Shown: positions 47,454 to 58,489 of the stretch, one piece after another
How the letters are laid out: each line of letters starts with the position of its first letter
How positions within the stretch are numbered: the first letter of the stretch is position 1
Assembly: GCA_047638715.1 (NCBI GenBank)
Contig: JBLIMK010000003.1
Location: 17,161-81,160 of the forward strand
Direction of reading: 5' to 3'
Length of the DNA stretch: 64,000 nucleotides
From: Verrucomicrobiales bacterium
Lineage (GTDB): Bacteria > Actinomycetota > Acidimicrobiia > Acidimicrobiales > SHLQ01
The notes under the pieces: model-generated
The model's database searches: none
Told to the model about the DNA's origin: nothing
What the model saw: only the letters and a program-made list of their open reading frames with translations
Position numbers and translations under genes: made by a program

Positions 47454-50003
47454 TCATACCTGTGCTTTGTCGCTCTCTTCGAGTTCTTCGACCGGTGGAG
47501 GCTCGAAGCCCTCGATCGCACGGAAGACGATCAGCTTTTCGCCAGCCTTCTCTGGATCGTCTTCGATGTCGGCGATGATGATCTCGCCAGCGCGAAATTC
47601 CTTGTACAGGAGCTTCTCGGACAGAGGATCTTCGACGAGACGTTGGAGCGCACGACGCAACGGACGGGCACCGAGTGTTGGGTCGTAACCCTTTCGGGAG
47701 ACATAGTCTTTGGCAGCATCGGTGAGCTCGAGGCCCATGCCAAGATTGGCCATCTGCTTGCCGACCCGGGTGATCATCATGTCGATGATCTGACGGACCT
47801 CTGGTTGAGAGAGCTCGTGGAAAACAATGGTGTCATCGATGCGGTTCAGGAACTCCGGACGGAAGTGTTCCTTCAATGCGTCGTTGACTTTTTCCTTCAT
47901 ACGTTCGTAGCTCACTGCTTCATCGACCTTGGTGAAGCCGAGGTTCGCCTTGCGAAGATCTCGGGTACCGAGGTTGGAGGTCATGATCAGCACGGTGTTT
48001 CGGAAATCGACCGTACGACCTTGACTGTCGGTGAGGCGACCTTCTTCGAGGATCTGCAACAGTGTGTTGAAGACATCGGGGTGGCCCTTTTCGATCTCGT
48101 CGAACAGGACTACAGAGAATGGTTTGCGTCGAACAGCTTCGGTGAGCTGGCCGCCCTCTTCGTAACCCACATATCCGGGAGGTGAGCCAACAAGGCGACT
48201 GACCGTGTGTTTCTCCATGTACTCGGACATGTCGAGACTGATGAGTGAGTCCTCGTCGCCGAACAAGAATTCCGCCAGAGTCTTCGCGAGCTCGGTCTTT
48301 CCTACGCCTGATGGGCCAAGGAAAATGAATGAACCCGACGGACGCTTCGGATCTTTGAGGCCAGCACGTGTGCGACGAATCGCCTGGCTAACGGCCTGAA
48401 TTGCGCGCTCTTGGCCAATGACTCGCTTGTGGAGTTCGGCCTCCATGTTGAGCAGCTTCTCGGTCTCTTCCTCGGTGAGTTTGTAAACGGGAATCCCGGT
48501 CCACAACGACAACACCTCGGCGACAGCTTCTTCATCGACCTCATCGAACAGGTCGGTACCGGATGCTTTGATCTCGGCCTCTACGTCTTCGCGCTTTGTG
48601 AGGAGTTCTTTCTCCCGGTCACGCAAGCGGCCGGCTTCTTCGAATTGTTGCTCTTCGACGGCGATCTTCTTCTCGCGGACTACCTCGGCGATCTCGGCCT
48701 CGATTTCTTTGTATTCCGGCGGGGTGTTCATCCGCTTGATCCGCAAACGCGAACCGGCCTCATCGATGAGATCGATTGCCTTGTCCGGGAGGAACCGGTC
48801 AGAGATGTAGCGATCGGCGAGATTCGCTGCGGCGACGAGCGCCTGATCGGTGATCGTCACGCGATGGTGCTCTTCGTAGCGTTCACGAAGGCCCTTCAAG
48901 ATTTCGATCGTGTGTGCAACCGATGGTTCTTCCACCTTGACGGGTTGGAAGCGTCGTTCGAGCGCTGCGTCCTTTTCGAGGTGCTTTCGGTATTCGTCGA
49001 TCGTGGTAGCGCCGATCGTCTGGAGCTCACCACGAGCCAGCATTGGCTTGAGGATCGATGCAGCGTCGATGGCGCCTTCAGCGGCGCCGGCACCAACGAG
49101 GGTATGAATCTCGTCGATGAACAAGATGATGTCGCCGCGTGTCTTGATCTCTTTCAACACCTTCTTGAGGCGTTCTTCGAAATCGCCGCGGTAACGAGAC
49201 CCAGCGACGAGAGCGCCAAGGTCGAGGGTGTAGAGCTGCTTGCCACGGATCGTGTCTGGAACGTTGTCTGAGGCGATCGCCTGAGCGAGACCTTCGACGA
49301 TTGCGGTCTTACCAACACCGGGCTCACCGATGAGCACAGGGTTGTTCTTCGAACGACGACTGAGCACCTGCATGACCCGTTCGGTCTCTTTCGACCGACC
49401 GACGACTGGGTCGAGGCCCTTCTCGCGGGCGACCTGGGTGAGGTTGCGACCGAACTGGTCGAGAACGAGCGAGCCGGATGGGTTGTCGCCTCCCGCACCA
49501 CCCGAGGTGGCGCCAGCCTTCTCGCTGGAGCCGGCGCCGGCCGACGCCGATGCTCCTCCAGGCCCTGAATAACCGGAAAGAAGCTGAATGACCTGCTGGC
49601 GGACACGAGATAGATCCGCGCCGAGCTTCACCAGCACCTGAGCGGCAACACCTTCGCCTTCGCGAATGAGACCCAGAAGGATGTGCTCGGTGCCGATGTA
49701 GTTGTGTCCGAGCTGAAGCGCCTCGCGCAACGAGAGCTCGAGAACCTTCTTGGCTCGGGGGGTGAAGGGGATGTGACCACTGGGCGACGATCCGCCCTGG
49801 CCAATGATCTCCTCGACCTGGCTGCGGACAGCCTCGAGCGAAATGCCGAGTGACTCAAGGGCCTTCGCGGCAACACCTTCGCCCTCGTGAATCAGACCGA
49901 GAAGAATGTGCTCGGTGCCGATGTAGTTGTGATTGAGCAAGCGGGCTTCTTCTTGAGCCAAAACTACGACTCGGCGAGCTCGGTCGGTGAATCTCTCGAA
50001 CAA
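47454..50003 (-). CDS. clpC: ATP-dependent Clp protease ATP-binding subunit ClpC
   Basis: [28 protein letters not shown] and GPSGVGKT Walker A motifs, UVR middle domain. Confidence 0.98.
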   Translation of the reverse strand: MFERFTDRARRVVVLAQEEARLLNHNYIGTEHILLGLIHEGEGVAAKALESLGISLEAVRSQVEEIIGQGGSSPSGHIPFTPRAKKVLELSLREALQLGHNYIGTEHILLGLIREGEGVAAQVLVKLGADLSRVRQQVIQLLSGYSGPGGASASAGAGSSEKAGATSGGAGGDNPSGSLVLDQFGRNLTQVAREKGLDPVVGRSKETERVMQVLSRRSKNNPVLIGEPGVGKTAIVEGLAQAIASDNVPDTIRGKQLYTLDLGALVAGSRYRGDFEERLKKVLKEIKTRGDIILFIDEIHTLVGAGAAEGAIDAASILKPMLARGELQTIGATTIDEYRKHLEKDAALERRFQPVKVEEPSVAHTIEILKGLRERYEEHHRVTITDQALVAAANLADRYISDRFLPDKAIDLIDEAGSRLRIKRMNTPPEYKEIEAEIAEVVREKKIAVEEQQFEEAGRLRDREKELLTKREDVEAEIKASGTDLFDEVDEEAVAEVLSLWTGIPVYKLTEEETEKLLNMEAELHKRVIGQERAIQAVSQAIRRTRAGLKDPKRPSGSFIFLGPSGVGKTELAKTLAEFLFGDEDSLISLDMSEYMEKHTVSRLVGSPPGYVGYEEGGQLTEAVRRKPFSVVLFDEIEKGHPDVFNTLLQILEEGRLTDSQGRTVDFRNTVLIMTSNLGTRDLRKANLGFTKVDEAVSYERMKEKVNDALKEHFRPEFLNRIDDTIVFHELSQPEVRQIIDMMITRVGKQMANLGMGLELTDAAKDYVSRKGYDPTLGARPLRRALQRLVEDPLSEKLLYKEFRAGEIIIADIEDDPEKAGEKLIVFRAIEGFEPPPVEELEESDKAQV

Positions 50004-50033
50004 CGGTTTCTCCTCTGCGACCTTGTACTGCCG

Positions 50034-50075
50034 AGTCTACCCAGCGGCTCCGACAGCACACGTTCGCGCTGGTCG
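50034..50075 (-). promoter_or_regulatory. clpC promoter: TGTCGG-N10-TAGACT plus an upstream ClgR-like site
   Basis: Minus strand TGTCGG-AGCCGCTGGG-TAGACT (50055-50034); GTTCGC-N5-TCG at 50062-50075 is one mismatch from GTTCGC-N5-GCG. Confidence 0.55.
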
Positions 50076-50331
50076 AGTTCACTTGAGTCGATGGACAGAG
50101 AGCAGTTGCCCTCATCGTCCTATTCGGCAGCTTCAGTCATCTGGTGAGCGTCTGTCGAATCGATTTCATTCCCGATCGCCATGATTGTCCCTGAACTCAT
50201 CGATTTCTGGGTTACTGCATCACCGTACGCGTTCAGACTCGCCCGGAAAGTGATGATGGGTCGGTGTTCTTTTCGAAGTTGTCGGCCCGTCGATTGCGCG
50301 GGTGGAGGGGCCGATCCCTACCATTGAGCGC

Positions 50332-51327
50332 GTGTCCACTACCAGTCCTCTTGAGCAGGTACCCACACTCGCCAACGATCTCACGCGAGTCGAGGAGCAA
50401 TTGCACGTCGCCGTCGCGACCGACAATGCACTCTTGCAAGACATTGCCTCCCACCTGATCTCCGCAGGCGGCAAGCGCGTCCGGCCTGGATTTTGCATCA
50501 CTTCTGCCGCGGCTGCGAGCGCAGATTTTGCACCGGCCGAACACGAGATCATCCTCGGAGCAGTGGCGGTCGAGCTCGTCCACCAAGGCTCTCTGTATCA
50601 CGACGACGTCATGGACTCGGCGGAAACTCGGCGCACGGTGAAGTCCGTGAATGCCAAGTGGGGCAATCACCAAGCCATTCTCGCCGGCGACTTCTTGCTG
50701 GGGCGAGCCTCCGAGATCGCCGCGTCACTCGGCGTCGAAGTCGCCGGACTTCTGGCGCGCACGATCAGTCGATTATGCGACGGGCAAGTTCGCGAGCTCG
50801 AGTTCACGTATCGAATCGACCGGACCGAAGAGTCCTACCTCAAGTCGATCGACGGGAAAACGGCGTCTCTCCTCGCCGCTGCCTGTCGCATCGGCGGCAT
50901 CGTCGGTGGCCTCGACCGTGACCGCATCGATCACCTCACAACATTCGGCCGGGCGTACGGCATGGCGTTCCAGGTCGTCGACGACATTCTCGACCTAACA
51001 GCGACCGACGAAGAGCTGGGGAAGCCAGCGGGCAACGATTTGATCGAGGGCGTCTACACCCTGCCGGTGATTCGGGCCATGGCCCACGGCGAGGTCGGAG
51101 CCGACCTCCAACAGCTCCTTGGCCGACCCATCGACGCCACCGCCCGCGATGAAGCTCGCGAACTCGTGAAGAAGAGCGGTGGGCTGAAGAGCGCACACGC
51201 CGACGCCCGTCGTTATGCAGACGAGGCGAACGATGCCTTGCACTCATTTGGGAATACAGCCGGGGGCACCGCACTCAAAGCCGCGGCCGATCATCTCGTC
51301 GACAAAGTGGAAAACCTCGTCGTCTGA
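50332..51327 (+). CDS. Polyprenyl diphosphate synthase
   Basis: GGKRVRP, LYHDDVMD..RR, AILAGDFL, GKTA, FQVVDDILD, GKP.GNDL.EG. Confidence 0.93.
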   Translation: MSTTSPLEQVPTLANDLTRVEEQLHVAVATDNALLQDIASHLISAGGKRVRPGFCITSAAAASADFAPAEHEIILGAVAVELVHQGSLYHDDVMDSAETRRTVKSVNAKWGNHQAILAGDFLLGRASEIAASLGVEVAGLLARTISRLCDGQVRELEFTYRIDRTEESYLKSIDGKTASLLAAACRIGGIVGGLDRDRIDHLTTFGRAYGMAFQVVDDILDLTATDEELGKPAGNDLIEGVYTLPVIRAMAHGEVGADLQQLLGRPIDATARDEARELVKKSGGLKSAHADARRYADEANDALHSFGNTAGGTALKAAADHLVDKVENLVV

Positions 51328-51574
51328 GCGGTGGGTAGGGGTTACACCGTCAGCGCCGTTCACCTTGTCGAACGTTCCACCGATGACCGCGGTATTCGCG
51401 TCGGGTCCCGTGGCGATCACGGTGATGGCAAAGATGGAGATCGCGAGCGCTGCCAAGATCGGATAAATTCGCTTGGGCATTTCGGCTCCAGCACGTGCTG
51501 AGAGCAGCACAAAAGGGTTCCACTCGACCCCTCTTTTTGCATGAGGCCAACGGCTCAGCGACTAGCGTTCGGAC

Positions 51575-52462
51575 ATGTCGTCTCACACCCTTAAGTTCGG
51601 TTGGCTTTCGCCCGTTATCGGGAATCGATTCAGCGATCACAAGCCGATCGTGGTTTATCAAGCCGAACACATCCTGCCGACCGTGAACGACGTGTTCGAC
51701 TCGCTGTGGATCGCTGATCACTTCTATGGGATGGATGCAAAGACCGATCCGTTTATGGAGGCCTGGACCACCCTCACCTGGCTCGCCGCCACCCTCCCCG
51801 ATCTGCAGCTGTGTCACCACGTGTTGGGCCACGGCTACCGGCCTCCAGCCCTCACAGCCAAGATGGCTGCCACGCTTCAAGTGCTGTCGGGAAATCGTTT
51901 TATGCTCGGCATCGGCGCTGGCTGGCGGGACCATGAATACGCGGCCTACGGCTACGACTTCCCAAAGCCATCGGTGCGTTTTGCCGAGCTCGAAGAGGTC
52001 GTGCAGATCTGCCGGCTGATGTGGACCGAAGACGAGCCGAGTTTCAGTGGCGAATATTTTTCGATCGCTGGTGCGTCCGCACCTCCACTGCCCGAGGTCG
52101 TTCCGCCGATATGCATCGGTGCAGCCGGTGAAAAGGTAGGGCTGCCACTCGTCGGCCGAGTCGCCGACATGTGGCATGGCTCAGCCAAGACAGACGACGA
52201 CTGGTTGCGGAAGCGCGACATCGTCAACACCGCTGCGGATCGAGCAGGGCGAGACCCAGCGAACATCTCGAGCGGTATCACGATCGAGACCCCGCTTCCC
52301 GAAACCGACGCCGAGTCCGCAGCGCTCGTCGATCAGATCGGACGGAAGCACGAGCTAGGCATCGATCACTTCGTAATGGACTTCGGTCACCCGCCCTCAG
52401 CTGACCCCATTCAGCGATTCGACGAACAAGTTATAGCGGCACTGCGACCAACAGGGGCCTAA
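51575..52462 (+). CDS. LLM-class (probably F420/FMN-dependent) oxidoreductase
   Basis: FDSLWIADHF, EAWTTL, LTAKMAATL, LGIGAGW..EY.AYG. Confidence 0.9.
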   Translation: MSSHTLKFGWLSPVIGNRFSDHKPIVVYQAEHILPTVNDVFDSLWIADHFYGMDAKTDPFMEAWTTLTWLAATLPDLQLCHHVLGHGYRPPALTAKMAATLQVLSGNRFMLGIGAGWRDHEYAAYGYDFPKPSVRFAELEEVVQICRLMWTEDEPSFSGEYFSIAGASAPPLPEVVPPICIGAAGEKVGLPLVGRVADMWHGSAKTDDDWLRKRDIVNTAADRAGRDPANISSGITIETPLPETDAESAALVDQIGRKHELGIDHFVMDFGHPPSADPIQRFDEQVIAALRPTGA

Positions 52463-54090
52463 AGAACAGCGTCGACGAGCGCCTTTGCCTCCCCCTGCAC
52501 CAGCTTGAGGTGGTCGGGCCCAAGGAAACTTTCCGCGTAGATCTTGTACACGTCTTCCGTGCCGGACGGACGCGCCGCGAACCACGCGTTCTCGGTCTGG
52601 ACCTTCAGACCGCCGATCGCGGCATTGTTGCCCGGCGCTTCGGTGAGCGTGGCCAGAATCTTCTCCCCCGCGACCTCCGTAGCCGCTATTTCTTCTGGTC
52701 GAAGCGCCTTCAATGTCGCCTTCTGATCTCGTGAGGCAGGCGCATCGATCCTGGCGTATGCCGGCGCGCCATGTCGATCGGTGAGCGCTACATAACGCTC
52801 GCTCGGGCTCTGTCCGGTAACTGCGTGGATCTCCGACGCAAGAAGGCAGAGGGTGAGTCCGTCCTTATCTGTGCTCCACACGGTGCCGTCCTTACGCAAG
52901 AACGAAGCACCGGCCGACTCTTCGCCACCGAAACCCACCGATCCATCGAGCAGCCCCGGGACAAACCACTTGAACCCCACGGGAACCTCGAGCAGGGTTC
53001 GCTCGAGTTCGGCTGCGACCCGGTCGATCATCGAGGACGACACGAGGGTCTTTCCAATGGCCGTGCTGCCATCCCAACCGGGTCGGTGCGTAAAGAGGTA
53101 GTCGATCGAAACGGCAAGGAAATGATTTGGGTTCATCAGTCCGCCATTGGGTGTGACGATGCCATGGCGGTCAGCGTCAGCGTCATTGCCGGTCGAGATA
53201 TCGAATCGATCACGACCCTGGACGAGTGATGCCATTGCATTCGGTGACGAACAATCCATCCGGATCTTGCCGTCCCAGTCGAGCGTCATGAACCGCCAGG
53301 TCGGGTCGACCGTTGGATTGACCACCGTGAGATCGAGTGCGTAATGCTCGCCGATGGCTCCCCAATAATCGACGGCCGCTCCGCCGAGCGGATCGGCACC
53401 GATCCGAATACCGGCGCCGCGGATCGCATCGACGTCGACCACGTTTACGAGGTCGGAGACGTATGCCGCCATGTAATCGTGGCGATGGGTCGTATCAGCT
53501 TCACGAGCGATGGACTCGTTCACCCGACGGACGCCCACATTTCCTCCCTCGAGCAACTCATTGGCTCGATCAGCTATCCATGAGGTTGCGTCCGTGTCAG
53601 CGGGTCCACCATGGGGTGGATTGTATTTGAAGCCGCCATCTCTCGGTGGGTTGTGGGAGGGAGTAACAACGATCCCGTCCGCGTGACCGTTCGTCGGCAC
53701 CCGGTTGTGCGCAAGAATCGCGTGACTGATCGCCGGCGTCGGCGTGTAACGGCCGGCGGCATCGATGAGGACAGCGACGTCGTTCGCTGCGAGCACCTCG
53801 AGAGCGGTCGTCCACGCGGGGTCGCTGAGCGCGTGGGTGTCCTTGCCGAGAAACAACGGACCAGTGGTCCCCTCACCTGCGCGGTACTCGACGATCGCTT
53901 GGGTCGTCGCAGCGATGTGTGCGTCGTTGAACGACGCGTCGAACGACGAACCTCGGTGTCCCGAAGTCCCGAACTCGACTCGCTGTTCCACCTGTGTTGG
54001 GTCTGGCGTGGTGTCGTAATACGCGGCGATCAAAGCATCGACGTCGATCAGGTCTTCGGGTAGTGCTCGTTGTCCGGCGCGCTTATGCAT
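52459..54090 (-). CDS. pgm: Phosphoglucomutase
   Basis: FGTSGHRGSS, TPSHNPP, NDADADRHG, GFKWF, RPSGTE..YKIYAESF. Confidence 0.96.
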   Translation of the reverse strand: MHKRAGQRALPEDLIDVDALIAAYYDTTPDPTQVEQRVEFGTSGHRGSSFDASFNDAHIAATTQAIVEYRAGEGTTGPLFLGKDTHALSDPAWTTALEVLAANDVAVLIDAAGRYTPTPAISHAILAHNRVPTNGHADGIVVTPSHNPPRDGGFKYNPPHGGPADTDATSWIADRANELLEGGNVGVRRVNESIAREADTTHRHDYMAAYVSDLVNVVDVDAIRGAGIRIGADPLGGAAVDYWGAIGEHYALDLTVVNPTVDPTWRFMTLDWDGKIRMDCSSPNAMASLVQGRDRFDISTGNDADADRHGIVTPNGGLMNPNHFLAVSIDYLFTHRPGWDGSTAIGKTLVSSSMIDRVAAELERTLLEVPVGFKWFVPGLLDGSVGFGGEESAGASFLRKDGTVWSTDKDGLTLCLLASEIHAVTGQSPSERYVALTDRHGAPAYARIDAPASRDQKATLKALRPEEIAATEVAGEKILATLTEAPGNNAAIGGLKVQTENAWFAARPSGTEDVYKIYAESFLGPDHLKLVQGEAKALVDAVL

Positions 54091-54221
54091 TGAGCAAGTC
54101 TCCTCGATTCGAGAGATCGGGCAGCGAACCGACCGCACTTACTCCATCGGCTCGGTTCCGTGCTCCAGCAGTCACCAGCAACAGCGAGTGCGCCCGCGAG
54201 ATTTCCCCGCTCGACCGCGGG

Positions 54222-55529
54222 CTACGAAACTGCGGCGAACGCTGTCTCGAGGTCGGCCAAGATGTCATCGATCGTTTCGAGACCAACCGACAGACGGACG
54301 AGGCCCGCTCGAACGCCCGACGTGGCTTGCTCTGCTTCGGTCAGCTGACTGTGCGTGGTGCTCGCCGGGTGGATTACGAGGCTCTTGGCGTCGCCGATGT
54401 TCGCGACGTGGCTGTGCAACTCGAGTCCTTCGACGAAAGCCTGTCCCGCCTCGAGTCCACCGACGATGTCGAACGACACGATCGACCCGAAGCCCTTGCC
54501 GCCTCCGAGTTCAATTGCACGGTCGTACCACGGTGAGTCGGGTAGCCCGGCGTAGGAAACCGATTCGACCTTGTCGTGTCCGTCGAGAAACTCGGCAACC
54601 TTTTGCGCGTTCTCGAAGTGACGTTCCATCCTGAGGCTCAACGTTTCGAGGCCTTGCGTGAACAAGAAGGTATTCAGTGGAGCCGCTGCAGGACCGAGAT
54701 CGCGGAGCAGTTGGACACGTGCCTTGATGATGTACGCACCTGGGCCGAGCGCTCCCCAGTAGGGCAGGCCGTGGTAGCTCGGATCCGGTTCGGTCAACAT
54801 TGGATGTTTACCGCTGGCTCCGAAATCGAACGACCCTCCGTCGACGATGAGGCCGCCGATCGATGTTCCGTGGCCGCCGATGAACTTCGTTGCGGAGTGG
54901 ACCACGATGTCAGCGCCATGTTCGAGCGGGCGGATGAGATACGGCGTTGCCACGGTGTTGTCGACGATCAGCGGAACGTTGTTGGCGTGGGCGACACCCG
55001 AGATTCCAACAAGGTCGAGGATGTTCGCCTTCGGATTCCCAATCGTCTCGCCGAAAAACGCCTTGGTGTTGGGCTGCACCGCGGCGGCCCATGCGTCGAG
55101 ATCGTCAGGATCATCGACGAAAGTCGCGGTAATCCCCATCTTCGGGAACGTGTAGTTAAAGAGGTTGTACGTACCTCCGTAGAGCGACGACGAAACAACG
55201 ATGTGATCGCCCGTCTCGGCGACGTTGAGAATCGCCAGTACTTCGGCAGCTTGACCGCTGGCGACCGCAAGGGCCCCTGGGAGACCAACGGCGGTGTCGG
55301 GCGCTCCCTCGAGGGCCGCGATACGCGCTTCGAGAACAGCCGTGGTCGGGTTCATTATTCTCGTGTAAATGTTGCCGATCTCGGCGAGGGCAAACAGGTT
55401 CTTGGCATGCTCGGCATCGTTGAACACGAACGACGTCGTTTGATAGATCGGTACAGCCCGGGCCCCCGTTGCCGAGTCGGGTACCTGCCCGGCGTGAAGT
55501 TGTTTCGTCTCGAATCCCCAGTTGCTCAT
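54222..55529 (-). CDS. metY: O-acetylhomoserine aminocarboxypropyltransferase/sulfhydrylase
   Basis: PIYQTTSF, YTRIMNPT, HSATKFIGGHG, ANIGDAKSLVIHPASTTH. Confidence 0.93.
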   Translation of the reverse strand: MSNWGFETKQLHAGQVPDSATGARAVPIYQTTSFVFNDAEHAKNLFALAEIGNIYTRIMNPTTAVLEARIAALEGAPDTAVGLPGALAVASGQAAEVLAILNVAETGDHIVVSSSLYGGTYNLFNYTFPKMGITATFVDDPDDLDAWAAAVQPNTKAFFGETIGNPKANILDLVGISGVAHANNVPLIVDNTVATPYLIRPLEHGADIVVHSATKFIGGHGTSIGGLIVDGGSFDFGASGKHPMLTEPDPSYHGLPYWGALGPGAYIIKARVQLLRDLGPAAAPLNTFLFTQGLETLSLRMERHFENAQKVAEFLDGHDKVESVSYAGLPDSPWYDRAIELGGGKGFGSIVSFDIVGGLEAGQAFVEGLELHSHVANIGDAKSLVIHPASTTHSQLTEAEQATSGVRAGLVRLSVGLETIDDILADLETAFAAVS

Positions 55530-55530
55530 T

Positions 55531-55612
55531 ATTTGTTTGTCCCGTCTCGTGAAGTCTTCGTCAGACCATACGAAGCGACGGATCACTACACCAAGTGATT
55601 CACCAAACAAAT
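55531..55612 (-). promoter_or_regulatory. Structured 5' leader of metY (candidate cis-regulatory RNA)
   Basis: Four nested perfect inverted repeats closing 1 nt before the ATG (see findings). Confidence 0.55.
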
Positions 55613-55643
55613 CAAAGTATTTGTACGGTCAACCGGAGGAACT

Positions 55644-57014
55644 CTACCGAGCGCCCTTTTGTCGAAGAACGGCAGGCACCGTCTTGACCAAAATGCCGAG
55701 ATCGCTACCGAGTGACCAGTTGTCGACATACCAACGATCGAGCTCGTCCAGTTCCAGAAAGTCGGTGTCCGAACGCCCCGACACTTGCCAGTGACCAGTC
55801 ATTCCTGGGGTCACCGCTTCGCGCTCGCGGAAGCTCTCCGGCGCTGCGACGATCTCACTCTCGATAAACGGGCGAGGTCCAACGAGGCTCATGTCGCCGA
55901 GCAAGACGTTAACCAGCTGTGGCAGCTCATCGATCGAGGTCTTGCGAATGAATCCACCGATCTGTGTGATTCGAGGATCGCGATGCATTTTGAAGACTGG
56001 CCCGTCCAGTTCGTTGGTCAGATCGAGCTGGAGATCCTCGGCCCCGCGCACCATGCTTCGAAACTTAAAGATTGTGAAGAGCTCGCCACCCTTTCCGACT
56101 CGCCGCTGCCGGAAGATCGGGTCCTCTCCATCCACAACGCGAATGAGAAGAGCGGTGACCAGCATTGGTGGCGAAAGCAGAACGAGCAGCACGCTGGAAA
56201 GAACGATGTCCACCACTCGCTTCACGAGCAGCCGCCAGCCGGCTCGATACGAAGGCGTAATCGAGATGACGGGCCGCCCCTCGACATGGCTCACACCGAC
56301 TCGCCGAGGCGCGATGTCACCGAGGCCAGTAAGGGAGACCTCGATGCCTTTGCGGTTGAGCATGCGGGCGAGCGGCGCGAACTTTCCGCCCGTCAAACCA
56401 TCCATGCAGAACATGACCTGGTCGACATCGTGAACGTCCACTAACGCCGGAAGATCGTCGAGCACACCAAGAGACTCTCTGCTCGCAGGATCGGGAATTC
56501 GACCAACCGAGTCGTCAACAACGAAGCCGACGATGTCATACGCGCGGCGTTTATCGCGGCGAAGCGCATCACGCATAGCCAACGCCTGCCGGGGAGAACC
56601 AGCGACGAGCACCCGACTCCGATTCAGGCGAAAGGCAGCACGAAAGCCGTGGTGCAAAGCGAGGCACACATACCAGAGGGCCGACACGAGCAACACCCAA
56701 CGACGGGCACCCCCTCCGATCGCCACGACGAAACCGGCTAGCGAGAAGGCGACGGCTCCGGTGATCACCGCTCGGCTGACCTCGGCCACCGCTGCGGGCC
56801 AACGACGAGACTGCGCGTCGTCGTAGATGCCGACCCAGCCGAGATACCAGAGCACGCCAATGGCCACCGGTATCCCTAGTTGAACCGACCCGGACGTCAC
56901 CAGGTGGCCGGGTCCCCAAAGTCGGGTCGTCACAAAAGCCATGACGAGGAACATCGTTCCGACGTCGATCGCCATATGCATCAGGTTCCGCCTACGAGAC
57001 AGGGTCGTGCGCAT
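55644..57014 (-). CDS. Polyprenyl glycosylphosphotransferase (WcaJ/WbaP-like sugar transferase), copy 1
   Basis: TM helices, KRVVDIV, FKFRSM, DPRIT..GGFIRKTSIDELPQL, SLVGPRP, PGMTGHWQV. Confidence 0.92.
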   Translation of the reverse strand: MRTTLSRRRNLMHMAIDVGTMFLVMAFVTTRLWGPGHLVTSGSVQLGIPVAIGVLWYLGWVGIYDDAQSRRWPAAVAEVSRAVITGAVAFSLAGFVVAIGGGARRWVLLVSALWYVCLALHHGFRAAFRLNRSRVLVAGSPRQALAMRDALRRDKRRAYDIVGFVVDDSVGRIPDPASRESLGVLDDLPALVDVHDVDQVMFCMDGLTGGKFAPLARMLNRKGIEVSLTGLGDIAPRRVGVSHVEGRPVISITPSYRAGWRLLVKRVVDIVLSSVLLVLLSPPMLVTALLIRVVDGEDPIFRQRRVGKGGELFTIFKFRSMVRGAEDLQLDLTNELDGPVFKMHRDPRITQIGGFIRKTSIDELPQLVNVLLGDMSLVGPRPFIESEIVAAPESFREREAVTPGMTGHWQVSGRSDTDFLELDELDRWYVDNWSLGSDLGILVKTVPAVLRQKGAR

Positions 57015-57028
57015 TTTCGTTCCTTCGC

Positions 57029-58489
57029 TTATCGAGCGCCTCGCGCCATAAGGACCGCCGGGACTGTTCGTGCAAGAATTTGAAAGTCTTGACCGAGTGA
57101 CCAGTTGTCGACATACCAACGGTCGAGTTCATCGAGCTCTTCGAATCCGGTGTCGGATCGACCCGAGACCTGCCAGCGGCCAGTCAGACCAGGCTTCACT
57201 GCCTGCCGATCGAGAAAGCTCGCCGGTGCTGCTGCAACTTCGCGCACTGGAAGCGGGCGCGGGCCGACGAGGCTCATCTCTCCTCGAAGAATATTGAAGA
57301 GTTGCGGTAGCTCGTCGATCGAGGTCTTTCGAAGAAATGCTCCGACGCGTGTGACTCGAGGGTCGGCACGCAATTTGAAGACGGGACCTTCGTGGTCGCT
57401 CGTGAGGTCGAGCTGCATGGTCTCGGCGTCAAGAACCATGGTGCGGAACTTGTAGATCGTGAACGGGAAGCCACCTTTGCCGACACGTGTCTGGCGAAAG
57501 ATAGCTGCCCCCCCGTCTTCGATTCTGATGGCGAGGACGGCCAACAACATGATGGGCATCGCGGCGATAAGAGCGAGGCTCGCTCCGGCGACATCCAATG
57601 CCCGCTTCGTCGCCAGGTGCCAGCCGCTGATGGGTGCGGGTGTAACACGAACGAGAGGACGACCAGAGACGTGACCGAGGCTCACGCGACGCAGAGCGAC
57701 GTTCGACAGACCGGTACTGAGGGCGACGTCGACACCCAGCACATTGAGATGACGAACCATCGGCGCGAATCGTTCGGCATCGATCGCTCCGAGGCACACG
57801 ACGACCAGGTCGGCATCGCTTCTCTTCACGACATGATGGAGCTGATCGATTGAGCCGAGCGCGAGCTGCGACACAATTTCCGGGACCTCGTCGTCGAGGC
57901 GATCCATCACAAATCCCTGCACCTCGTATGCAGTCCTGGGGTCGGCACGAAGCGCGAGGCGAGTGGCGAGTGCGTCGCCGGTGTTTCCAGCGACGATTAC
58001 CTTGACCGGCGCCGTTGTGGCATCGCGATGGCGAGCCAGCACAAATCTGGTCGCCGTCATCGTCAGCGTCCAGCCCGCCAACACAAGGAGTTGCCACACC
58101 CGCGCTGGTTCGAGCTCGAGCAACCAGGCCGTCGCGATCATCGCCAGACCAACGCCGAAGATGGAGCTCATAACAAGCGCGAGGTTGCCGTCCCACCGAA
58201 TCGAGCGCGAAACCACGTACGCGTTGCGCCACCAGAGTGTCAGCGAGATTGCGACTGCTGCGGCTACTCCGAGAATGAGCGGATTCGACCGTGTGAAGCC
58301 GTCCAGGCCATGAGTGATGAGGGTCGCCAGGAGGATGACGATGAGAGCACAGATTGCATCGGCGGCAGCAAGAGATCGCCGACCAAAGACAGCTGTCCTC
58401 GATGACCCCGACCCAACATCGCTCTTTTCGGTGGGCGAATGCTCGCCAGAGGTTGCGTGGAGTGTGGAATACGAGATTGTTCTTTGCAT
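57029..58489 (-). CDS. Polyprenyl glycosylphosphotransferase, copy 2
   Basis: KRALDV, YKFRTM, RKTSIDELPQL, SLVGPRP, PGLTGRWQV. Confidence 0.92.
   Translation of the reverse strand: MQRTISYSTLHATSGEHSPTEKSDVGSGSSRTAVFGRRSLAAADAICALIVILLATLITHGLDGFTRSNPLILGVAAAVAISLTLWWRNAYVVSRSIRWDGNLALVMSSIFGVGLAMIATAWLLELEPARVWQLLVLAGWTLTMTATRFVLARHRDATTAPVKVIVAGNTGDALATRLALRADPRTAYEVQGFVMDRLDDEVPEIVSQLALGSIDQLHHVVKRSDADLVVVCLGAIDAERFAPMVRHLNVLGVDVALSTGLSNVALRRVSLGHVSGRPLVRVTPAPISGWHLATKRALDVAGASLALIAAMPIMLLAVLAIRIEDGGAAIFRQTRVGKGGFPFTIYKFRTMVLDAETMQLDLTSDHEGPVFKLRADPRVTRVGAFLRKTSIDELPQLFNILRGEMSLVGPRPLPVREVAAAPASFLDRQAVKPGLTGRWQVSGRSDTGFEELDELDRWYVDNWSLGQDFQILARTVPAVLMARGAR

Noticed and set aside
50082-50102. 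HspR HAIR operator upstream of clpC (CTTGAGT half-site)
   Set aside because: The second half-site ACTCAAG is not present at the 7-nt spacing.
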